Origin: Emiliania huxleyi CCMP1516
Taxonomy: Eukaryota
NCBI RefSeq assembly: GCF_000372725.1
Contig: NW_005201231.1
Location: 115,254 to 176,017, forward strand
Direction: 5' to 3'
DNA length: 60,764 bases
This document shows, piece after piece, positions 34,301 through 55,079 of this stretch (its first letter is position 1; each line of letters opens with the position of its first letter). Under the pieces are notes generated by a model that saw only the letters and a list, made by a program, of their open reading frames with translations, ran no database searches and had not been told where the DNA came from. The position numbers were made by a program, and so were the translations under genes.

Positions 34301-34485
34301 TCGATAAGGAAGCTGAGCACATCGGCGTGGCTACTCGCAGCGGCGGCGTGTGCCGGTGTGCTGCCGTCTGCCGACGCTGCCGTCAGCACCTTGCTGCCGC
34401 ACTGTTCAGCGAGCGAGCGCAGTGCATCGACATCGCCACCAATAGCAGCTGTCGTCACTCGTCCTGTTTGCTCAGGAACATCCAT
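28324..34485 (-). CDS. 2053-aa multidomain protein: ankyrin repeats - helical region - dynamin-like GTPase - helical stalk - class-3 lipase - UIM-like x2 - SAM
   Basis: Single ORF. TPAH ankyrin repeats; G1 GVYSVGKS (32010-31987), G2 LPVSSKECT, G3 IIDAPGL (31557-31546), G4 ITKLD (31386-31375). Lipase motifs VFKGT, GHSLGG (29346-29329), FGAP, NDIVPR, DDH. C-terminal LLEEAKLTAYASVLHDAGY..LGLKKPEIKRLRR. Confidence 0.9.
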   Translation of the reverse strand: MDVPEQTGRVTTAAIGGDVDALRSLAEQCGSKVLTAASADGSTPAHAAAASSHADVLSFLIDQCGTEALIAALSEARTAMADGVTPAHTAALGGYVDALRFLSEYCGPEVLTATTANGSTPAHAAALNGHVDTLRYLFEQCGRELLTAARANGGTPAHAATANGHVDALRSLAEQCGPEVLSAANANGVTPAHLAADNGQVDVLRFLAEQCGSEALTAAAADGATPAHWAAVDGHVDVLRFLAKQCGSEALTVANADGATPAHGAASNGDVDVLRFLAEQCGREALTAAAADGHTPAHWAAVDGHVDVLRFLAEQCGSEALTAATAHGVTPAHWAARKGQVDALRFIIDESGQSIPTVLLDMLKAHAEHKVLALAWQSLLSSQKPSLFSSRPDPAKIEAALAAARDAGVPSSELDRAAALLRDTKLLRALNGRPAPNVLLSTIASNGPGANKALVALSGLLDPHNMLLSWAALTAVAESPDLPSDVLAPLLSCLTQASAYWSPDGWSEDAIEWVAAALAALEASFLVRSGPFENYPDLIHARLVGLMQTTTPEHLRVRAAFVLSHAYTRGYPADAASSDASDAAGLLARSVRISAACSPPAVLASAAGFALVAAAMAGFAAAQRALASLASDGTLAILLGATDASLRWPAVLGAIANAIHAILRCERDHDAALGMAVGELLRCTVPAALPEPIDSGDWLCDAAALLFVGICELDTKEAAELVKAARWVWEHAAQSRLLRDGHPWQPLLLQSMQRAADRIEELEARAARHDQENLLQIVRGGVAVAEVATKHCAGGAVDSAPARILSELRSLERILQNEKFELMVYGVYSVGKSRLLQTGYPSLKNMLPVSSKECTAHLIKIDVGGGSKGAELHFHWSAVAELDSTLRDLLPEKVREFLDEETLALAREYVLAGCSLWPDGSEQESPPTLRLSEEEVSAWARVHGNDGASIKALASVVDHIAVGVTAKVGCKPYNIIDAPGLGADESRRAIAERHLRKCDVPIVVASFTDLSLEPLQEALRQIKASGHQPIIVITKLDAEYKALDEDDHSDQSLQTLMEASMADARRIFVRAGFQASDVHFVSASWFDLSSDPRVARVRAALDIAGLPSDEDESTARETLRRLSGIDAFWDAVDELVMRDAARRRAARVCEELAQHLSQLLGMLLDQDGLLSGVRPNADDPEWRADVQRTSVAAKGTLDAALNAMQSECSDAIAESATRMQEGLTELVLELQKMCAGGSTVDQLSARLQQRFAELQQTLAPHQAWEGAANKMRDHLERAGEQLAELLRKHFPGSVHSLLLSSSQLQTPSVTNVPSSITTPNVERNLVAAVAKAVLPKIAFGVAPLIVATVAGGGIARAPFMELATEIKKVYDAGCSAYQAEAGRNLPAEWMRLCEEAKSGWIQDFERGLRRQLEAWRRQVRAAVVSQLNSWVDGIEAAASLPPDQLQPSRANIRAAGEQGQVLLSDAVALLDRLSGNMVSDGAEIDIVRLGARVRRLKSSAKRWLDIDLQLADPSEEAARERREDTQRQTTDSYAFLASVLTTELRRHGSELEATQTLRAPSSRPQPPRGAPRPTAAAQEIARHALLARLSDEVYSRHDTGEVLFLKSADNSRVDEQVEVLHFSSAGGGTWKVPQWAVFRTAGRADGDFVALVFKGTEAPTEWLVDAACVSREAGGGLKLHAGISGNLRSHIEAVESAVARSTTDAGALPLYFSGHSLGGAYAMCAFYMVAPTLSQRVAGVVGFGAPLVTVAGGPPEIVQAASQRFSTYVAGNDIVPRSLFKPNAEKMVDLARRFGRGRVLLSISNAIPTYDPVGEFRALPGAIQRSPTELLRIRPDAPLTSHIDDHACRGYARLLDECALELLASATSTPTAPAPSPTEEAALVMSAAAAVTAATAALAEADARMARTASIEAPFPTAQQGLAQAIEASEARSQAAEHRNLAHGIEESLRTDGSSPFASAAATGEAGSMGSSMSTSAAESASTVHASPMSSPRGRAMAALLEEAKLTAYASVLHDAGYSELTDLREADDVDLGKLGLKKPEIKRLRRYLEEQI
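33440..34450 (-). repeat. Coding tandem repeat, 105-bp (35-aa) ankyrin units, ~10 copies
   Basis: Near-identical DNA units such as GCCGCACTGCTCGGCGAGGAAGCGGAGCACGTCGAC recur every 105 bp. Confidence 0.9.
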
Positions 34486-34848
34486 TCAACGTAGCTCTTT
34501 GAGCACCAAAAGGATCAGGCAGCGTCTTGCCCTGCTCTCCTTTGTCACGCTGAACCCAGGCGTCTTCTTCGCTGTATTCACAGCCTTGTTATTGAGAAGA
34601 AAATGCCTCCTCTGGCTCTGTGCGCTGGCCTGTGAGAGGTTCACAGCACGCCCCTAGGAAACCTAGATTCACAGCCTCGGCAGCGCGCTGCGCGGCGCGG
34701 CGCTCGCGCCGCTTCTGTGCCGAGAGCGGCATGATGGTTCGCCAGCTGAAGCTCGAGACTCCTCGGGTCCGCGAGTTCCTCCGGTCACGGGGATAAACTG
34801 CCGGCAACGCGAGGCCCTTATATCTTTAGATATGAACTCGCAGAAGAC

Positions 34849-35987
34849 ATGGATGGAGAAGTCGCGGCGTCCGTGCCGCAGAGCATGCAGAGCGAGAGCG
34901 AGGAGAAGAGCATGGAGAAGCCGAAAACCCAGAGGGCACCTATTCCATCGGCGGCGGCATCGCGGTCACCGCCAGCTCACTGGTCACCGCTGCTCCTTGC
35001 GCTCGGAGTGCTCAGCCACGCCAGGCTTGGACGGCAGAGGCGCACTGCAGTGAGGTCAAGCTGGGGTGGACACTTCACCAAACAAAAAGGTGGTCGTGAA
35101 GCACTAATGCGCTTCGTAATTGCAAGCCAGACGAGCCCGGGCTGGACGCCATCACCACCAGAGAGTCAGCCGATTTCGGCGACATCCTGAAAGTGTCGGG
35201 CGGAGGCTCAGAGGACTCTCACGGAGCGGACGCAAGGTACGCATTCAAGGCCATTTCCTGGATGCATCGGGCGGCTCGCTGGCGGCCTCGGTACGTCGGT
35301 CTCGCCGACGACGACGCCTACGTTTTCCCGAGCCGCGTCCTCGGTGACTTGAGCTTCCTGCATCACTTGGACGTGAAGGACGTTGTGTACGGCCGCTTTG
35401 AATGGAGCTGTTACATGAGGGATACTGGGCATGCTAATGCCTGCTGGGGAAGGGATGCCTTCGGCAGCACCTTCGCCTGGCGGCACGCAACGGGCGTGAA
35501 TGAGGATGTCTGGCCGGGGCGCCTCGATGCGGGGGTTCGTGTGCGCGCGCGTGGCGAGGCGCGCATGATTGCTCAGCTGCAGCGCCACAAGCGAAGCTTC
35601 TCACCGCCGTTTCCATTCCTGCGAGGCCCACTGATGGTGTGGTCGGCCTCTGTGGCCGCTGCGCTTGCTGGCGCCGACAACGACATGGCCAGAGAGCAGA
35701 AGCACGCACGAGCGCTCTTCAAGCAACCACAGCCGCCGAAGCGCCTTCTGGTCGACATCTTCTTTGGCCACCTCCTAGCGGTCGTTGTGCCAAACAGCGG
35801 AGCGGCAGCGGCCGCCGACTTTGCACGCTCCCACGACGAGGCCCAGAAGCACGCGGTGGCCGTGGACGACAGCGCGCCCAAGCGCCAACTTGACCAAGCA
35901 ACGATGGAGGCGGCCGCACCCAAGTTTGCAAGGAATACAGGTGGAGGTCCGTGCGAGCGGTCGCAAGTACAGAGCACAAGATCGTGA
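34849..35987 (+). pseudogene. GT31 (beta-1,3-galactosyltransferase)-like gene with a frameshift near 35120
   Basis: AVRSSW...LMRFV in one frame continues as ESADFGDIL...YAFK..W...YVGLADDDAYV...VYG...PFPFLRGPL in another; the C-terminus looks truncated or chimeric. Confidence 0.6.
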
Positions 35988-36380
35988 GTTCTTAAATTCT
36001 CGAGGTTTCCCGGGGCCCTTTCGGGGGGCAAACCCTGCCCGCCCCCCCCTAGAAGCCCAGGTAAGTAAACGTAAGGGCTAAGGCCCAGGCGTTGCCTCTC
36101 TAAGCACTAAGTTTGCATCTATGTTCTTACATTTTTTTGGGGTTTTTTTAGTTTGGGGCAACGTTCTGCTGCCTCTGTGCGCCGCTGGTGTCGTCGCTGA
36201 GGCAAGTGATAGTTACAAAGCGGAAAGGAAACTTTTGCCACGTACGCGCGCGCGCACACACCTCTCAGTCTATCGGGGCCACGGCCATCCGAGAGGTCCG
36301 CGGCTACTGACCCTACTGCGCGAGCAAAAGGTCTGCTGTTTCAATCGACGTCTTCAAGCACGGCAGTGCCATGGCCGGCG

Positions 36381-37523
36381 CTACATCAAGGCAGCGAGAG
36401 GAAGGTACCGAGCCGTCGCCATCGGCGCCACCGCCTCCCACGCATCCAACGCAGGGTCGTACCGCTCCACCGAGCTGAGGTCGTCGTCGTGTTCGAAGCC
36501 ACCCACAGCGTACAGCTTGCCCTCGAGCACCGCCACGGCGTGACCTTCCCGCATACTCGCCATCGACGCCACCGGGTCCCACGCGTTCGTCGCCGGATCG
36601 TACCGCTCCACCGAGCTGAGGCTGCCGAGGTTGTACCCGCCCACAGCGTACAGCTTGCCGTCGAGCACCGCCACGCCATGGTCACTCCGCGCCGCCGCCA
36701 TCGGCGCCACCGCCTCCCACGCGTTCGTCGCGGGATCGTACCGCTCGACCGAGCTGAGGTTGAAGTTGTTGCAGCCGGCCACCGCGTACAGCTTGCCGTC
36801 GAGCACCGTCACGGCGAGGGTCGTCCTCAGTGTGTTCATCTGCGCCACCGCCTCCCACGCATTGGCCGCCGGATCGTACCGCTCGACCGCGGTGAGGACG
36901 CCCTCTCCGTTGCAGAAGCCGCCCACAGCGTACAGCTTGCCGTCGAGCACCGCCACGGCGTGATTGTCGCGTGGTGTCGCCATCGGCGCCACCGCCTCCC
37001 ATGCATTCGTAGCAAAGTCGTACCGCTCCACCGCGTTGGAAGTTGCATCACCAGCCTCATTCCTGCCGCCCGCCGCGTAGAGCTTGCCATCGAGCATCGC
37101 CGTGCCGAAATACTTTCGTGTCGTTGGCATCGGCGCCACAGCCTCCTCCTCCCACTCATTCGTGGACGGGTCGTACCGCTCCAGCGAGTTGACAAGCTCG
37201 CCGTCGCTGTCGTGGCCGCCAATCACGAGCATGCGCGGCCTCTCGCGCTTCTTCAGCGTCTCCTTCCAGCCGCGGCGCCACGCGCGGCACGTCCCCTTGA
37301 CGGCGTGATCCTTGGTCGGCAGCTGGGCGAGGATGTGCGGGGCGAGGTCCGGCGAGAGGAGGACCTCGGAGAGCACCCACTCGGGCTGCTCCACGAGCCG
37401 TGCGGCGTGCTCCTCCGCCACGCGCAGCGCGGCGGCGCTCGCGCCCGCCTGCGCCTCGATGATGGCGCACAGCTGTTCTGGTGAGAGGCCCGCGACGCGC
37501 GCGCCGATGCGGTGGGAGGCCAT
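36381..37523 (-). CDS. Kelch-repeat protein with F-box-like N-terminus
   Basis: Five repeats of AVLDGKLYAVGG..SSVERYDPATNAWEAVAPM plus a partial one; N-terminal LLSPDLAPHILAQL..KGTCRAW. Confidence 0.9.
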   Translation of the reverse strand: MASHRIGARVAGLSPEQLCAIIEAQAGASAAALRVAEEHAARLVEQPEWVLSEVLLSPDLAPHILAQLPTKDHAVKGTCRAWRRGWKETLKKRERPRMLVIGGHDSDGELVNSLERYDPSTNEWEEEAVAPMPTTRKYFGTAMLDGKLYAAGGRNEAGDATSNAVERYDFATNAWEAVAPMATPRDNHAVAVLDGKLYAVGGFCNGEGVLTAVERYDPAANAWEAVAQMNTLRTTLAVTVLDGKLYAVAGCNNFNLSSVERYDPATNAWEAVAPMAAARSDHGVAVLDGKLYAVGGYNLGSLSSVERYDPATNAWDPVASMASMREGHAVAVLEGKLYAVGGFEHDDDLSSVERYDPALDAWEAVAPMATARYLPLAALM

Positions 37524-37941
37524 CGGCGCGGGCGCGCTGAAGTGGGTGGGAGGCCAAACACCTGGGGTGGGTGGGGGTGGGGGGGTGGCAAGAAAGAGGT
37601 AGGACTCTGACCTGTTCCGACCTTGATCAGACCGAAGCTAGTGACTAAGGCATCAGAAGGCGGGAGGAGTCCAGACTCCAGTCTGAGAGCCATACCGCAT
37701 TAGAGCCCGGGCAAGAGCGCATGCGAGAGTGACCAGCGCGCTGCCAAGGAGCGCTCCAGGCTGTCTCGGAGAGAAAAGGTTGTAGAGAGAGAGTGAGAGA
37801 GTGTCATAAGAGACTTCTCGGTCTGAACTGACCGCTTTGTCTCGGCTGAGTGATTTGTTTGATGCGTCGGCGGACCGTCGGTTGTGACTGTGGTCTGTGC
37901 CCGTGTGCCCACGAATAAAACTTTAAAAAAAGACGAGCTAT

Positions 37942-39302
37942 CTATACGCCGGCGCGGTGTTTGGCTTCGGACACGACGCGCACAACCTCGTCGAGCGTTG
38001 CGCTCGTCTTGAGGGACTTCGTCTCGCTGTGCGCCTGCGCGGCCCCAAAGCCGGCGCCGCGCAGCAGCGGCAGCAGCGCGGCGAGCGGCGGCTGGCGCAG
38101 ACCCCGCTTGGCGAGCGCGCGCTGCACCTCCCCGAGGTGGTAGAAGAGGAGGGCGCCTTTCGCCTCCGCCTCCGCCTCCTCCAGGAAGGAGCCGAGCAGC
38201 CGGTCCGGCTCGCTCCAGCCGCGTGCCGCCGCGTCGCCTCGCATCCCCGCCACGAATTCGGCGTCGTGCATCGGCCCGACCCACATCGGGCCCATCACCT
38301 GCGACCGAGGGAGTGAGTGGTGCAGACCTGCACCGCGCAGCCGCCCTCGCCCACACGTCACTCCCCAAGACCTGCGGCGCCTCCCTCGGCGCCTCGCCCC
38401 TCTCTGAGCAGCAGCTGCACGGCGGCGCGAGAGAGGCGGCGTCCCCAAGCCGCGTCGAGGGCACACGCCAACACCTCGCCGCAACTCGGGCAGCGAGCGA
38501 CGTGCGAGAGCGCCGCGAAGCCCGAGGCGGGCGGCCGCTTCGCCGCGTCGAGCCGCATCATCACGCGGAACGTGGAGGAGGGGCGGTGGAAGAAGCTGAA
38601 GACGGGCGAAGCGGTGAGGTGCCTCGCCGCCGCCTCACGCGCCGCCGTGCCGACGAGCAGCCGCAGGCCCGCCTCGTTGCAGCCAGGGAACTTGTGCGTG
38701 ACAGCGGCGTACCCGGCTGCTGCCTGGTGCGGGTTGCTGCCGCTGGTGGTCAGCGAGTCAGTGGCGCACAGGTAGACGAGGCCGCCCGTCCTGCACGCCC
38801 ACCACGCCTCTGCGGCGTGCGGCTGGCCCGTGCCAAACGCGTCGGCGTCCACAAGGTCGTACAGCGACCCGTCCAGCCGCGAGCGCATGTAGACGTCGAC
38901 GGCGTCGTCGGCGGTGACGCGTGCGCGGCCGGCCGAGAGGAGCGGCTCGAGGTTGGCGCGGAGCGGGTGCTCTCCGAACATGCGCTCGTTCGCGTGCACA
39001 AAGCTCGCGTTTGCCTCGTGAGAGTAGCGGAGAGCCCGCACGCCGGAGCCGGACATGGCGTCGAGGACGCGAGGCGCGCGCTGGTGCTGCCGGCCGTGCG
39101 CCGCGAGGGCGAGCACGCCGAGGTCGCGGATGATCCGCGAGGCAGGCCGGTAGAAGAGAGGCGCGCCGCCGCCCTGCTGCAGCCGAAACGAGACGGAGCG
39201 CTCGCGGCACTCTTCGGCACAGGCGACTGATCGGGAGCGGCGCCGGCCCGCCAGCGGCAGCGCGGCTCCTCGGCCGGCGGCGGCGGACGCAGGAGCGACC
39301 AT
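37942..39302 (-). CDS. TRM1: tRNA (guanine26-N2)-dimethyltransferase; intron 38371-38299; 1-nt frameshift near 38470
   Basis: FYRPASRIIRDLGVL, VLDAMSGSGVRALRY, YDLVDADAFG, GLVYLCATD, EAGLRLL, CPSCG, GPMWVGPMHD, SLKTSA. Confidence 0.9.
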
Positions 39303-39815
39303 TGGCGGAGGAGCTCTTGAGAGTCAAGGGCGGCACTCTAGGGAGGTCGAGGAGGCGGCGGGGCGGCGATGTGATGCTCTCGAGGTCTCTTGGGCCCTCT
39401 CCTCTCGAGGTAGTTCTCGGCCAGGTTTGCATGGTATTTTGTCGATTTCCTCAATTTTGCCTCAGATTTTGCCCCAGACCAGCTCTCAGACTCAGGGAAA
39501 CTCGCGAGTTTCCAGAATGGAGCACCAAACACCCTCTGTTTTCTTTCCCTGGAAATTTCCGGAAACGCAAAGTGCTGCTGCTGGGGACCCTCTCTCTGTT
39601 TTCCTTTTTGTTTTCCGGAAAACCTGGCCGAGCCCAACTCTCCAGGTTCTCGAGGTTCTCGAGGTTCTCGAGGTGGATATCCTTTGGCCGCGTTGGGTAG
39701 CGAGGATTGGTGTAACCCGAGCCACGGAGTAAATCCGCGTAGAGGGAGCGGACCGTGAGTTGAGGAAATCCGGGGACGCGACCCACCTCGCCACAGACGG
39801 TCCCGCGCCTCGCCG

Positions 39816-40580
39816 CTATGACCGCTGCACGGCCCGTACCGTCCGCTGTGCATGTACCGCCCCTCCGATCTCCTCCTCGATCGCGACGTTGTCGAGTACC
39901 GCTTGCGGCGCACCTCGCCTCCACTCCCCGCCACCCACTAGGTCGTCTATCTCTTGCCCATGTCCGAGCGTGTCCGGTTCGTCACTCCCCCACCATGCGT
40001 CCCCGCCGATCGTCGCCTCTCCATCGGCGGCTACTCTCCACTCGTCGCCTCCCCCGTCCAGGGCCATCGTCTTTTTCGTCTTTTCCTTCTGTGCATCGCT
40101 ATCTGCTGCGTCGCTCTCTGTGCTCGGCTCCTTGCCTAGGTATAATGTTCTGAAGGGTAGCGCCGAGCTATGTCTGTCGCGTTCGGTCTCGTTGCGCGTG
40201 CTCTCTTTGATGTTGTCTTGGCGTTGTCCTGCCTCGTCACTGTGGGAGGCAACCTCGACGTGTCGTTTTATTGTGGACCACATCCTGGTCAGCGTGTCGT
40301 CGTTTGGTCTCTGCGCCCCCGCCGTGTCCGCCCAGGTGTCGATTGCGGTTAGCATTGCTCGCATACCAGCCTCTCCTCTCGTTGCCGCTCGTTCGATGCG
40401 GTCGCGGGTGCTGAACGGTATTAATTTTGTGTCTTGCGCCTCCCTGAGCGCCTCTAGCTTCGCGCCCCCCATCGCCGCGATGGTCCGGTGGCGCTCCCAT
40501 GTCCGTTTTGTCGCGCCCTTCCATTTAATTAGGGTCCACACCCCGTAATCCTTTTTTCGCCCCAGTATGAAATTACGGCT
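39816..40580 (-). mobile_element. Probable retroelement relic with chromodomain-like motif
   Basis: Frame reads NFILGRKKDYGVWTLIKWKGATKRTWE, resembling the chromodomain consensus IL..R...YLVKWKG....TWE. Intronless with atypical codon use and no RT motif seen. Confidence 0.4.
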
Positions 40581-40658
40581 TCACAGTTTTGCCTTCCGGG
40601 TGGGGGTGTCGGCCTCTTACAGTACAAAGATCGATCCGATCCCACAGTACCATGTGGG

Positions 40659-40743
40659 ACGTGGAGACGCGAGGGTTGCCCCCCCCTTGCCCCACCACCT
40701 CGTGTGTGTGGAGAAGTTTACCTTACCTTACCTTACCTTACCA
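40659..40743 (+). mobile_element. 5'-truncated (CCTTA)n-tailed retroposon, copy 3, with 11-bp TSD TACCATGTGGG
   Basis: TSD at 40648-40658 and 40739-40749; the empty site is at 57377-57387 in duplicate copy B. Confidence 0.92.
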
Positions 40744-40795
40744 TGTGGGGCCCGCCAGTGTACCTGCTGGTTCCCGACATGCAGCAGCAGCCGCG

Positions 40796-52950
<12,155 letters not shown>

Positions 52951-53089
52951 GCTTACACTCCCGAACGTGTAAGTGCCCATACAACCCCATCGCGCTCACG
53001 GCCATTCACTCAAATGCCCGTCAGCACAGACGCAGTTCAGCAGATCAGCAGAGCTCCCCTCGCGCCTCCCCGAGCCCAGCCCCTTAACC

Positions 53090-53715
53090 TCACGGCCATC
53101 AATTCAAATGTCCAGCGCGTCAGCACAGCAGCACGTCTCCCCGAGCCCAGCCCCACCGTCTCACGGCCATCAATTCAAATGTCCAGCGCGTCAGCACTGC
53201 AGCACGTCTACCTCATCTCCGGCTCCGGCGAGGCGAAAAAGCACGATAGCACGGCAGCACGTCTACCTCCACTCGGCTCCTAGCACCCACCCAGTCTACG
53301 TGGCACGACAGCACAGCAGCACGTCCCTCTCCACTCGGTCTCCTAACCCAGTCTTGGCACGACAGCACGGCAGCACGTCTCTCTCCACTCGGCTCCTGGC
53401 ACCCACCCAGTCTACTTGGCACGACAGCACGGCAGCACGTCTCTCTCCACTCGGCTCCTAGCACCCACCCAGCCAGTCTCCTGGGCACGACAGCACGGCA
53501 GCACGTCTCTCTCGACTCGGCTCCTAGCACCCACCCAGCCAGTCTCCTTGGCACGACAGCACGGCAGCACGTCTCTCTCCACTCGGCTCCTAGCACCCAC
53601 CCAGCCAGTCTCCTTGGCACGACAGCACGGCAGCACGTCTCTCTCCACTCGGTCTCCGGCACCACCCACAGTGTCTTGTCACGACAGCACGGCAGCACGT
53701 CTCTCTCCACTGGGC
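53090..53715 (+). repeat. Tandem array of ~55-70-bp units with core CAGCACGGCAGCACGTCTCT
   Basis: Directly visible, ~9 units including diverged ones. Confidence 0.9.
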
Positions 53716-53759
53716 TCCCTCCCTCCCTCTTCACTCTCCTCTTCTCCCTCCAGCCCCTT

Positions 53760-54010
<251 letters not shown>

Positions 54011-54027
54011 GGGGGAGGGCGCCAGGG

Positions 54028-55050
54028 GGGAAGAGACGTGCTGCCGTGCTGGCTTGCTGTGGCCCGGTGGTGCCCGGGAGGTGGGTTTGGAGGGACGTGC
54101 TGCGTTGCTGCCGTGCTATAAGGGACGGAGGGAGGGACCCAGCCGGGCTGGGGCCTGCTGCTGTGCTGCCGTGCTAAGGGTACATAGAGGGAGCCAGGCG
54201 GGAAGAGACGTGCTGCCGTGCTGGCTTGCTGTGGCCCGGTGGTGCCCGGGAGGTGGGTTTGGAGGGACGTGCTGCGTTGCTGCCGTGCTATAAGGGACGG
54301 AGGGAGGGACCCAGCCGGGCTGGGGCCTGCTGCTGTGCTGCCGTGCTAAGGGTACATAGAGGGAGCCAGGCGGGAAGAGACGTGCTGCCGTGCTGGCTTG
54401 CTGTGGCCCGGTGGTGCCCGGGAGGTGGGTTTGGAGGGACGTGCTGCGTTGCTGCCGTGCTATAAGGGACGGAGGGAGGGACCCAGCCGGGCCGGGGCCT
54501 GCTGCTGTGCTGCCGAGTGCCGTGCTAAGGGTACATAGAGGGAGCCAGGCGGGAAGAGACGTGCTGCCGTGCTGGCTTGCTGTGGCCCGGTGGTGCCCGG
54601 GAGGTGGGTTTGGAGGGACGTGCTGCGTTGCTGCCGTGCTATAAGGGACGGAGGGAGGGACCCAGCCGGGCCGGGGCCTGCTGCTGTGCTGCCGTGCTAA
54701 GGGTACATAGAGGGAGCCAGGCGGGAAGAGACGTGCTGCCGTGCTGGCTTGCTGTGGCCCGGTGGTGCCCCGGAGGTGAGTTTTGAGAGACGTGCTGCTG
54801 TGCTGGCGCGCTGCGCGAGGCCTCTCCAGGGCCGAGTGGAGAGGGGCGTGCTCCTGTGCTGACGCGCTGATCATTTGAATGGTCGTGAGCGTGAGGGAGC
54901 TGAGTTTTGACCGACGTGCTGCTGCGCTGACGCGCTGATCAGGCGCTGATCATTTGAATGGTCGTGAGCGTGAGGGAGCTGAGTTTTGAGAGACGTGCTG
55001 CTGTGCTGACGTGCTGCGCGAGGCCTCTCCAGGGCCGAATGGAAGAGACG
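54028..55050 (-). repeat. Tandem array of ~172-bp units carrying the reverse complement of the 53090-53715 core
   Basis: GGGAAGAGACGTGCTGCCGTGCTGG recurs at ~54028, 54200, 54372, 54551, 54723. Confidence 0.9.
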
Positions 55051-55079
55051 TGGGAGCTAGATGCAGTAGGAGCAATGTT

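Noticed and set aside
34486..34488. TGA before the 2053-aa ORF as selenocysteine/readthrough
   Set aside because: No redox-motif context, no SECIS identified, and the upstream frame is itself disrupted.
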